From positions 566 to 64,565 of the IMG/VR virus record IMGVR_UViG_3300002053_000034: DNA of 64,000 nucleotides; one strand, 5' to 3'. The notes below the pieces were generated by a model. It searched no databases. It was not told the origin of the DNA and saw nothing but the letters and a program-made list of their open reading frames with translations. Shown here in pieces: positions 25,201 to 30,007 of this stretch (within the stretch, counting starts at the first letter, position 1; each line of letters begins with the position of its first letter). The translations under genes and the position numbers were made by a program. The stretch comes from a virus (Duplodnaviria > Caudoviricetes).

Positions 25201-28200
25201 GATACCCCTTTGGTGCCGAACCTAGTAGATAATTTTCTTCCGAAATAATTTAAGAAAGTTTCAGTCAATTTAGCTGTTTGTACTTCAATAGTTTGTCCTC
25301 GGTGCTCTCTAATCAAATTTTCAACTTCTTTAGATATCTCAGCTATATCTGCTCTACCTCTGTATCTTTGTGGGACACCCAATATCTCTTGAAATTGATC
25401 AGTTACCTCTGACAGAACTCTCTTAAATTCTTCTTCGCTTCGAGCTCTTAATCTAGCAGCTCTAGGCGTAATTTGCTGCACTCCGGGCTCTATAGCGGTT
25501 ATTCTTTTAGCTTCTTCTAAAGTTTCAGCCGGCTTAACCAATCTACCAGTTATTTGGGTGAAAGCTTTAGCCAAGCGACCTGATATGACTATCTGGTCCT
25601 CAAATGTCTGAGCAGTATTTCTTAGTTCAGTTAAAACATTAAGTCCAGTTCGAGCCTGTCCATATCTACCAGCTTCCATAATTCTCTGTTCTCTAGCACT
25701 CAAAAGAGCCGGAGCTTCAAATTGACCTCCACCAGGAAGGCCGCCAGCTAAAGCATTCGACACATATGAAAGCTGTCTCTGTATAGAACTGAACTCCCTA
25801 AAAGGAGCAGCTGCTCTAATATCCGCCAAACTAGCCCCAATAGCAGTTTTATCAAGGGCCTTTAAATTAGTTACCATATCTTCATTGAATTGTTTCAATT
25901 TGGAGCTAGCTGCATCACTTAAATCCAAAGATGTGGCTAATGGCCTCCCCAAATATGGTTTGCCTGCGAACAACCCTTCTTGTAACTTTCCGGCACGCTC
26001 GGTTAAATCTTTCAACAAAAGATTGACAGCTACTATGTGCTGCTTTTGCTCTTCGGGTCTAAAACGCCCTTCCATTGCTTTAGTAAGAATCTTTAAGGAT
26101 TGTTCATCATATAGTCGGCGTTTCGGTCTACCTGGCTCAATTAAAGGTTGAAGTCCTAGTAGATCATTTATTGTGCGGGAAACTTCCCGCATATTGCGAT
26201 CAAACCTTACGATATTTGCAGCTTGTTTTTCTAAATAAGGGACCTTCCCAGCTTGCAACATTTTATCCAATATATCATAAAAGTTCTCAAAAGATAGCTC
26301 ATCTAATGCTCTCGCTGCATCTAGAGCACTCACTTTAAGTTCATCAGCTTTCTTTAATAATTCATCTAAAGTTTGGGTAGAACCTGCGAATATCCTAGCC
26401 TGCTCTTCAGTAAATTCACCGCGTTCAAGTCCTCTTAAAGCTATAGCCCGCTTATACCCAGTAGCTACTTCAGCTCTACCACCAAGCTCTATTACTTTTT
26501 TGACCAAAGTAGCGGCTAATTTTTCAGCTTCCGCTTCAGCTACAGTACCAGCAGTGGGGCGCAAAGGTGCTTGAGCTACCTGGCGCATTAACCGCTCAAC
26601 CTCTATAGTGGCTCCTCCTAAATCTCTTAGTTCCTGAGCTAATTTTTCTAAACCGGTAGTTACTGTTACAAAATTAGCTAGCGCTCGCTCAGCCCCATAT
26701 TTGGTAGGAATAGATACTCCTCCCTCCGGCCCTATTCTAGCCGCTGGGACAGCTAATCTTTTTATAAAATCCTGCATTAATTGCCGCTGAGCTTTAGCTT
26801 CTAATGCCACGCCCTTAAACAGATCTGTCAGCTCAGGACGCCTAGCTATCTCGCCTACAGTAGTTGTCTGTTGTTTTATCGCCTTAAATAAGTCTTCTAC
26901 TTGACGACCCATGCTTCTAGCCATCTCGGCCGTTAAACTGCCTACTTCCTTATAGACCGCTTCAGCCATAACTTCAGGACTACGAGCCACACCTAATTCA
27001 CGTCTCACAAAAGCCCTTTTAAATGTATCAATTAATTCATTAGCTGTAGCTTCTGGGGATGCAAATTCTCTAAACTCAGCTGCCAGCGCTTGTCTTAATC
27101 CTCGTACATCCACTATCTTCAATTCCCACTCAGCTTGACCCGGCGCAAGCTGAAATGCTTTGCCCGCCTCATCTTTCAGAATTTCGGCGCCAGAACTTAA
27201 TCCTTTCTCTAAAGATTTAATTATATTATTCTGCAACTTGTCTAAAGATTTGGCTAAATCGCCTAACAAAGCGGCTGTTTTTTCACTTCTAGCTGCCCCT
27301 ACAGGACCTGCTATAGCAAAAGGCTCAGCGACTGGCTGAGGTCTAACTACTTGAGGCCTAAATATGTTAGCTTGTATAGTTGATTTTATCTTAGCTAAGT
27401 CATCTATCTCAAGAGTGGCTTTATGAAAAGACTGGCCGGCTTTACGCATATATTCTTCCGTCTCTGCCATCGTTTCTGATAACAAGTCGGATCCAGCAGC
27501 CATTTTGTCCATCTTTTGAGCAGCAAACTTCATGCGTTTGGCAGCATCACTAGTAGCTCGCTCAACGGTAGCCGATATATTCGATAATGTGTGTGACAAA
27601 TCAGACTGGGCAGCCATCAATTCTTTTATACTACCATCTAACGCTCTCAAAAGGGTGATAGTTAGCTCCACATCGTAAGAAGCGTCATGCAAACTACCTG
27701 TAAGATTCTTAGTTTCTACACCCGCCAATTTGAAGTCTTTTTCAAATGATTCCAATGCATAAGGTTGCCGCCTCGTAGGTGTGCTTAATCTCTGGGGAAA
27801 TTTCTCTCTAGCCAAGCGTAGAGTGTCTATAAATTTGTCTGTTTCAGCTTCTATTTTAATTCCCGCTCTTTGAAAATGCTGTTCCAAAACGCCGATATCA
27901 AACTGAGCTATGTTATGCCCTATAACGGCTTCAGCATCTTTTAATACATCAGCTACTTTTTTCATAGCTTCAGTAGCCTCGATACCCTCTTTTTTCAATT
28001 TTTCGAAAGGTATCGGATCAGCTTTTCCGATATTACCTATAAGTCGTTTATATTGAGCTTCTGTTTCAACTCCTCTAGGAGGCCTAACGAATACTTGGCC
28101 ACGCTCTCCCTTGCCGGCTAATATCTGCTGCAATGTACCTTTCTGGTAAGCTATCTGGCTCACAAATTCAGCGGCCACTTCTTTGCCGATTCGCTTAGCT

Positions 28201-28892
28201 TCGGAAGTTTCAATATCTAAGGCTACCACCATCTTGTCTTTTAATTCTCTCTTTATCTTTTCAAACTCTGTTCCCATATCTTTAAGAGCTTTACCAAAGA
28301 GCTTTATATCTCTGTCCAACTCCGGATTCCTAATCCTTCTACCACCAGCAGTTGGGGAAGCTCCTACAGATTTAGACAGATCCTGCACAGACCTATTAAG
28401 ATCATTAATAGATCGCGTTTGTTTATCAATCAGTTGCTGAAGCGCTCTCTCTATATTCTTTAAAACCGTTTCTCTACCGGTTTTATAAACCTCGGACCGC
28501 TCTATGCGCTTGTAAACATTTACCAGACCTCTAATAGCATCTACTAACTCTCGATCACGAGGATCCCTTGCCTCTCTAGCCACCTCTCTACCAGCTGACA
28601 CAACCTTCTTGATAGCGTCTGGTACATCCTTTAAGTTCCTTAATTGTTGTAGAGTAGTTTCTAACTTAGCCACAGATTTTTGCAAAGCATCCAGTCTTCT
28701 AGTATTCAAATCGATGGCCGCCACATTAACTCCACCAGCCTGGGTTGAAGCAGACTTCTCCAACACTCGTTCCAAATTTTGGATTCGGCGAGTTAAAGTG
28801 ACAATCTGAGTAGCTAAGTCTTTTATAGGTTTCTCAGCTTGTGTATTCTGTATTTGTTCTAGTTGGATTTTATAAGTATTGACTGGCGGCAA
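7221..28892 (-). CDS. giant tape-measure polyprotein (7,223 aa): DEDDh exonuclease + two-barrel RNA polymerase (beta and beta' motifs) + PD-(D/E)XK nuclease + TP901-type tape-measure domain + zincin
   Basis: TTG start with AGGAGG SD; canonical TMP position after tube and chaperones; TP901-type core around aa 3840-4170 (DAMRVFAQQG...LANALKKAAAVAKTSGVTFDEFNAIVTGIGETTRQTGKEIGTSLRFIFRRI); TMP C-terminal motifs GPGGPREDKVPILASPGEYII and AMVHRGEAIIP; DFDGD at aa 2173-2177. Confidence 0.92.
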   Translation of the reverse strand: MPPVNTYKIQLEQIQNTQAEKPIKDLATQIVTLTRRIQNLERVLEKSASTQAGGVNVAAIDLNTRRLDALQKSVAKLETTLQQLRNLKDVPDAIKKVVSAGREVAREARDPRDRELVDAIRGLVNVYKRIERSEVYKTGRETVLKNIERALQQLIDKQTRSINDLNRSVQDLSKSVGASPTAGGRRIRNPELDRDIKLFGKALKDMGTEFEKIKRELKDKMVVALDIETSEAKRIGKEVAAEFVSQIAYQKGTLQQILAGKGERGQVFVRPPRGVETEAQYKRLIGNIGKADPIPFEKLKKEGIEATEAMKKVADVLKDAEAVIGHNIAQFDIGVLEQHFQRAGIKIEAETDKFIDTLRLAREKFPQRLSTPTRRQPYALESFEKDFKLAGVETKNLTGSLHDASYDVELTITLLRALDGSIKELMAAQSDLSHTLSNISATVERATSDAAKRMKFAAQKMDKMAAGSDLLSETMAETEEYMRKAGQSFHKATLEIDDLAKIKSTIQANIFRPQVVRPQPVAEPFAIAGPVGAARSEKTAALLGDLAKSLDKLQNNIIKSLEKGLSSGAEILKDEAGKAFQLAPGQAEWELKIVDVRGLRQALAAEFREFASPEATANELIDTFKRAFVRRELGVARSPEVMAEAVYKEVGSLTAEMARSMGRQVEDLFKAIKQQTTTVGEIARRPELTDLFKGVALEAKAQRQLMQDFIKRLAVPAARIGPEGGVSIPTKYGAERALANFVTVTTGLEKLAQELRDLGGATIEVERLMRQVAQAPLRPTAGTVAEAEAEKLAATLVKKVIELGGRAEVATGYKRAIALRGLERGEFTEEQARIFAGSTQTLDELLKKADELKVSALDAARALDELSFENFYDILDKMLQAGKVPYLEKQAANIVRFDRNMREVSRTINDLLGLQPLIEPGRPKRRLYDEQSLKILTKAMEGRFRPEEQKQHIVAVNLLLKDLTERAGKLQEGLFAGKPYLGRPLATSLDLSDAASSKLKQFNEDMVTNLKALDKTAIGASLADIRAAAPFREFSSIQRQLSYVSNALAGGLPGGGQFEAPALLSAREQRIMEAGRYGQARTGLNVLTELRNTAQTFEDQIVISGRLAKAFTQITGRLVKPAETLEEAKRITAIEPGVQQITPRAARLRARSEEEFKRVLSEVTDQFQEILGVPQRYRGRADIAEISKEVENLIREHRGQTIEVQTAKLTETFLNYFGRKLSTRFGTKGVSVTPRYGELPKEITSLEDVGRFIQQGFKAGVAPGPGLGVARLPKNVGQLLIEIFNNIETRAAQEADEIDIFGGEVLESLTRQLIDSGNKFVIDLFRDASLGLVTEEEAKKQQVVFENATKAFKKVFGEELPKETSEAIRFIRERYAALFGEEQLFEVRPIEARISSRGIAKRGLMPEILEGIVNNLIGTTAGATTLSDEISRGALTETREARKKLNEYLRELGYQPFKDLDGVISRLKLEKPDIDPDTIKKLRDFEAQFSVYTDVVNEFGEQMQSFVAPKFLQIIEEPHLYPEWSPEQIQKGLKGARLDFQSFAAMAGVFGEGSKMMEELARSTALTAQEGWELLRAFQMLDPAMKDVNKALTEGLRTVSLRDVASFEKATGTVEELKGTIFDIGKFPTPFKLRIPSTAKGAKEFYEELYIPGPALRGTYQEELLGAQAPTNIARYLDNLVNAAKEVEEIASAAAQGGIGLSEEFQRKFATTIRAELTKSLTDTIKRFQQIEKVGPTPQNVEFMQQTINRFKQALSETREVAPIYQEGMATTERGAVEEFERKYQGQFSKIVGRIADILIGPDPASLRKDINEINAALKSYRETGGQIPQRFQAPYYQNILQRFGGDFEAMLETFKRRSEERGKVETVFDIELEAGNLDEFANRVGISIQQSLKEALEKRKETLGKARVAYFRELGESVFGKKKGIEEVFFQRVTPAITGKAISAIADKTRDLKDLLEELRSKYIVDLEIPGLPMLVEDLEKLSEAHSEYVTKARTLGLPVLKEGEIGLPPEMAAKIKVRTGIKDEIETTLADLIQKQSETFVESIRYPFTGTLSVQPHRARLLEQSLGKYGVAVPGAPGFARAGRPEERRDIGDLVRVVNTLREFIGVTPRAKRQYLPEETLSLLERRERAWAEGTEMAAEKARHLTEAIERLLKIVNAASPSFTNLEQKLDFDGDALFVHTGQLEESRAEIKKHFEALADDVTGVRSLFRSVFTAVKETDVATLAEMAVIFGKKHPAEKGFEFLTQPYLREQVKNLDLSKVFESLFTYTTGAGQLKAGTEEWQKAVGDWSKDFVVREILPEVFTRLGVDEPTAAAYRGRIGAAPTALPEVTETTTALERNISKLSEDLVRRQLWEKRYADAITGQLYKLHTGQTVEGISRIARISELETGFGRGLAGTGRRARPAPEFLQRFPQESVALGGRPVQEFATRVNEIMRFVIQKGMDVKHAGVEAVGQQILANIGKRGGTEFIREAMLAAKDQWDELLDFNDQIANEVRLRLGKFSTDELMRELQRFEPEVDISQLTGISREEIIQRIIKHVDVIATFEELGRQIQRQAVAGLSKQLERQIAELPTGPRKVRLLRDVQAAGGVERFAAQQIAKEYASETGIAIQKHVTTNLQPLYKMRTSMETLATAASRTGIKIEPTALTLPEAGAEKLSRDFENTQKAAHALSQALSETARGPRRGVHGLLVTSAIEQRYRELSELEKLGKESQQVVGKFALPFTDVIEANKLAVKVFQEAGAITGLGGGRLGPIPQMENLEEFFNKLTETQKIVRGRVAEISKLAGLKPLVPEEEALIGRETIEKYGIRPFEVIKDVLTKEALTKGEEIVPEELENRASELATAAQEAIAFQASVVEQLRRVTEIIKTIPEQRKYLEAAFPDVKFEEGATRIATAQMDAVQRFDDYTKAIENWHKQTFPTTRTNELRDAVRTFRVPATTAGEELKKTTAAAADELTTAIDESIIARKRDALKYLEGRAAGPAAPGEVPLHEIFRASAVHAGGGYGGGTQLESILQEMLGAPKGAEFLLEATSLRGTALHRRKQREFLAKYPTAEIEKPIEDLANRITGHIDVLYEEAGRKIVADVKTVYSTAQFKRLEEIADEVQERNITIQQKLDELKAQEPTSQLEKNVIRRLEEYISQVNIYLSGVEDAVGELVVVSTFDPKREVTIPIGEFDPTRFKRDLAIIQEGRTRVTKLLALIQSGQVIPKELFADVPKIYDYVSKELEKLGPEEFLRKLPTRPIGEVQRSSKEIIDRLTEEQDRLFDKISREYLGIYQSLGGPGVAERPLRLMFAAGAGAAAPPPPPPPPGGAGGGPGDGFDDEELRKRIQEILARIERGIKPEVPDIYKLIQTLDEALEGILAARERGDTLLAGALEDLVNNIRAAIQRIGASEESYREIYQLYQKLNEARRTGAAETGFARLRMPDIERIDPDTPEALHKNLRALYEAALRVHRLASDEEIQKFGPEIASLLSEAAEKGPVADITGQISDAITQLPPEKRGGMRRIWMHYKSSVSEYFLKRLDALKEEIEKEAGTPAGRRALIEYEQTVERFLANIRGTLGRLSDIYTQIGPSGKKTAFVDPELARLTGIYRTPAQLEELVTQTTPLRGELKPIIDILVGDLDPTQLDQIASPLQKVQAAFRLLAKEDPNLKAILEDADQFRRIGDQALEAWDFAALTKGITELRAALQAYNRLQIGAFGGGTDYTEPIRKNVEDTIKLLRQIETMFAPGGVEASPLGLAGVPSFLDPQTQELLHRRNIAQVQKYFETPEAAGGPGRGRAFTYRYKIVDPATKQTLSSLAEEFKKIGETSSKSGDQIGIFTQRTEDLIKSFQSRRGLGQAFGRVIRWGLASRSVYGFINALQGMVNTIADVESGIAILRQVMSPLQTDFQLLTDQALDFAKQFGIPIRQVIDAMRVFAQQGLAQAEVIDRTRTSMLAANTTTLTATDATEAITAATRVYAKEGESTVRFLDAWTEVEARHAITSGDLANALKKAAAVAKTSGVTFDEFNAIVTGIGETTRQTGKEIGTSLRFIFRRIQAEKGPKELAKIGIPVIAETGELRSAFDIFQDLAVVWTDLTNAQRLSIATAIGGRRHFNSLIVLMDHWNDVLTTLNDSLNSKGAAERRNQIVMDTYAKKLQQVRGALAELQVQFGRFALPVAKGLLTGLRTILETLANIPNSIKIAAVAFAGLFAIIAKGQTLVTGIIDRIRGFTNVFGDFGAQFAKQFKIGIFEIFGKLPRALDNIDTTGLSTITEVGKGIQDFESVLGKAGYAIAQFGRGWNSVMSEIAYTGTATTETLSKAFGKLGGGLATLGLRTAVRSPVLGGIITTLATGSKQAEKGLAKLAELFGIPAEALARWSQENASFVKSIGPLAGSIAALIPISGKTGDALKRLALSADDYEKSLSGLRRLRSSELADINSLATSYDRLQGSIDAANKARDPEAMERAIRREEYVSPVLAAGRAYDQSRDLGNQLAAVNLSLIDSFDKFGNAVVKPTANLKKYFTVMREAKIRAIAETEVKALEKFAEELTNAGSASAKFRSELRKFVKEIPGIGPVIAKQIKVSPAQELREAVSDVNKILAARENFPLSTAFDELFKEYNQRLKDARERFRGFYSDFRRILGGLETRGLGAAQIRGLLDREDLQPAFELMVEFEGRLKRLRDQGRINWKDILGIEILKRIEPDVSFDYAAELTKELFREAGILQRTKKAFVGDIVLFSDEIDTQFDIAGRQGILKYRDGLGIFVEAIDRELRTVKEIPFESVRRFVESIFPATKIADQLTENLDILREQLVGAAAGIVAIGDKEFRREFGLGARFFEQIPTETLIQTPIGYNLPGRGGPGGIGRVPFQANLLGIGFRDIIREYLVKPEEELKQFVEEARRRLEADKGFTKGLEEEITRFATIIKNNQVVAQFASIYVDLNKSLSESNRVLKENISVEQARNEALRETAGLLRDIPEAFTDLNLGIRDFFELTAQQRQLVVERARPPEQRTFTRLRGEIVAEELRRQTLADQLEQVLRARTQVGIIAEQARATGIVVPREDLQSITESVIKGISPGEREQIKLQESIKENTSNTVESLHDMLAALGDPKGQAVTLRNAEKLGQSLATGIDLLKSPRTRDRFRGVLGTTEISENIKRGFDNLIKLRNLAEKRGNNETVRSIDTIITEQSRELVGAVGVRRARRIVEGEIPTLPSPQRFIREALTLREPISYLPGQFNFEQLISRAFGEYGIREVIQELEKAAGPTPEELKRGEIIRAYRTAPRPRFGYEPGLAPPDIRYQRLTGSSQFRNVTKLLNEQNKISVASSKTLSQLFAAYGGFNEIFRQAAKREQRGYDVQVKQLREQQKGVVVRFRAGEIGQEEFRTQMRDIARQISEAVRAREEAGRTAQQRATREAVGLIASATTTFARSAGFSEKALNNLGKSAAASVIAWQAWSALTGEELPEAVKRATNALNEYAATGGSPASKLRVRAAAKAVEKLEKNQKDLLNAEEKDKIRRAKDLKLSEEDLRRGNEALKAVKEGDLKKLNESEKLSNINRDQLTTLLAIEENTRKSSEAAAEGKDATEGAAKDTAQEMEKPIESMTQSLRGKLDEIKQERLMGGGDVAARLKDLFAAATVVTAAGYLGEKTRLPAELGEARRRAERLNESFAKLAQAFPKEVEAAIKQLRERREAALARGGATLTEQRTRLLDVARAEQEFLDRLSEMAESIGISLDDVSTIIESKKDKLYVIGELSSIISKSIDNLIRDVSVSINNRRIEQQFRLGLTGELRGLPTFEEFQIGKLPHELSPTERLLKEGGTTYRQLYDSFNILQDIRERLIGALQENAQRLVASQVGFTVGTMGAKRTIEDTTRELEKEGLLGLTKEDPTKIFTLMRKEQRKIPLFREVARRSQEQFLSLPEDMQKAQRVGHTEALAAINRQIRESRKFIEEYTKVLSVVDVGKALKEQREKLARFREIGKQITEQWRKGLIDPDIYAKTIPKINKSVIEAREAISGFEELGPPSDFRKAIADLIDRTAIASEQLRIEAENHEHLARAAQEVNVLMSDLAQVFEVGLNIERVIGEFEQLKFNLRVDDLHREFANLADDILSRLRGGTHPLAPQFPTFAAVQAGVPPEQLFRMTRAQQRIAEIQFTQGRQPTIAELQQIRFEEHIGELRLKQTREDEKLRQQFQAVVSLDRQIQMERLRAVNIEDPRVRESLLSSYSEFRGQLRAALEEASQIVREVEPGILERRGIDFDALFEKLKELRVELPEGIAERFDPQRVIRELALGEQAPVVGAIEESNAILRSIETNTRGLTERLVPGFLREERRKRAIATAESFVAGVRGEAQTGGTITGPGGPREDKVPILASPGEYIIRASSANKLGKQTLDYMNTTGTLPSGRRDPADIVREVERELGYEPTREQRMRALRAQGEIIFGKSKEELDLLFGKGMGGKIPYRYVNGGPTIEAYEEMLAKRDPIIYNILKYKDPGEIRKPRGEFKVGSKYFSLDQIHEDIGEALIPFHGTTIGMTEGQKSEYLLNQTAKIADYLIGLGPASAERLALKRFTSTLYKDSVESVLRRGPSATKRFDKLVSKEATKSLANYLRPSGKISKAAPAIADLTESPLTIRRILEEGTAIRPDIGIGELRQHVDKLSRRFPTMKEYNFYFDELISTIGKGKTAQRFMSVADLRKAKLQLSQLAAGTKLHPVTSRRIGDIIFSRKPFSKQTIGSDAVRYSVGQFIPGARVPDPKQIKNILRLSTMDDSMAELAKNIRHEVKHNADYELRVLAAFAKKIGVEDPLLKQHVDTLKDIEFALGLVRKGKISERIFPRSGGMLNPMEAYATALEKPVSRLPLERRTVAKLLQQRARLQKESDAALETLGKTPTRAKLANHPMFESFRHKFGEAENAYRRQFKSAADVGIFFGEGLRGGGRIFRKYPLGGLIPYYQDGGKTIAEQINFGDPTLEKMIEFIKGLFRRKPSAESEELKRIKEIDRAIMEGRGSGGRIYKYQQGTPYVPVDQMAMVHRGEAIIPAQYNIGGLVKRHYQAGGAVSPSRVLQGIESAAEKFGEAVVRKLEDATINFNIPTEDQLPELKIDTSNLEGVLEGFSVGAAGISKIDQFIESTTEKLDRLEEQTVTNSEEIKMVETKASEMEGLERELRIAKEQLEMAYLETQRSTDFVEDRSYVNATINESISDLKSMDITPIRSRITSLELSISNLNRELEDQRVIILSNISRLDLRG

Positions 28893-28954
28893 GTGTCAGC
28901 CCTCCTATAGCGTATTAATAGCTAAAATTATTATAGAAGACCTGGCCTTGCCTT

Positions 28955-30004
28955 TTAGCGAGTGGGCAACTTATCTGGTAATTGCCCTTTACGATGTTTT
29001 GAAGAAGCTTTCTTTCTGATGAGAGTCCTGTCCTTAATCATTTTAGCTTCTCTTGGTGTGTCGTATTCAATGTCCTCATACATTTCATCAGCCTTGGTAA
29101 CTATTACTTCTTGACTGTTATAAGCTGATAGTTTACCTTTATTTCCTTTTTGACCCTTTCGGGCCATGGCATCTTTATTACGTTCTTTATAGTAATCATT
29201 AAGATACGCATCAAGTGCCTCGTCATCCTCGATAATATCCTCCGAAGGTTGATCCTCCGGCATCATTTCATAAATATTCTGATAATAATGAGACCAATAC
29301 GCTAAATTCAGCATGTCCGCAGTATATTGGGTAGTCGGAACCCCGAATAGAGGCTCCGACGTTTTCACACTAGTTACATATCGTATTCTCCATAAATTAC
29401 TACGAGCGATGGCTCGTATAATTGGAGTAGGTATTCCACTATAAAATAATATAAACTCAGATAACACTCTCTGTCTAAAATTTAAATCCGTATCATTAAT
29501 AAATGATGTGTATTGTGACCATATTAATTCATCAGCATCGTAATAATAAGAACTCTTCCAGCATAAATAAAGTATTTTAGATTCTTCCGCCCTAGTTTCT
29601 GCGGTCATAGAATATTTGGCGCGCTCTTTCATCTCAATCTTATTTATTTGAGTTTCGAGCTCATGAATCACATTCTTTATTCTCTCTTGATTAGCCTTAA
29701 CTTTAAAAGTTTTGGCCAATAATACTCTCTGCGCTTCCAACTTGGATTTCAGAGATGAGAGTTGATTGCGTTCCTTTTCAGTGATAATATTTCTTTCTTT
29801 AATTAGTTTTGTCATATCACTGGTAGTTAATAACCCCTCTTCTAGCGACTTCTTGTACTCTTGATCATAGATATTGCGAGCTTGTACAAAACTTATCGCG
29901 TCGGGATATTTAAATATTATGGATACGCCATTCAAATCGATTATTTTTATGCCAGAGCTAATAGATTCAACATATTTTTCTATTTCTTCGTAAGTTAATT
30001 CCAT
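28955..30004 (-). CDS. tail assembly chaperone (long form), 349 aa
   Basis: Immediately upstream of the TMP; helical; paralogous to 30008..30769. Confidence 0.6.
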   Translation of the reverse strand: MELTYEEIEKYVESISSGIKIIDLNGVSIIFKYPDAISFVQARNIYDQEYKKSLEEGLLTTSDMTKLIKERNIITEKERNQLSSLKSKLEAQRVLLAKTFKVKANQERIKNVIHELETQINKIEMKERAKYSMTAETRAEESKILYLCWKSSYYYDADELIWSQYTSFINDTDLNFRQRVLSEFILFYSGIPTPIIRAIARSNLWRIRYVTSVKTSEPLFGVPTTQYTADMLNLAYWSHYYQNIYEMMPEDQPSEDIIEDDEALDAYLNDYYKERNKDAMARKGQKGNKGKLSAYNSQEVIVTKADEMYEDIEYDTPREAKMIKDRTLIRKKASSKHRKGQLPDKLPTR

Positions 30005-30007
30005 TTA

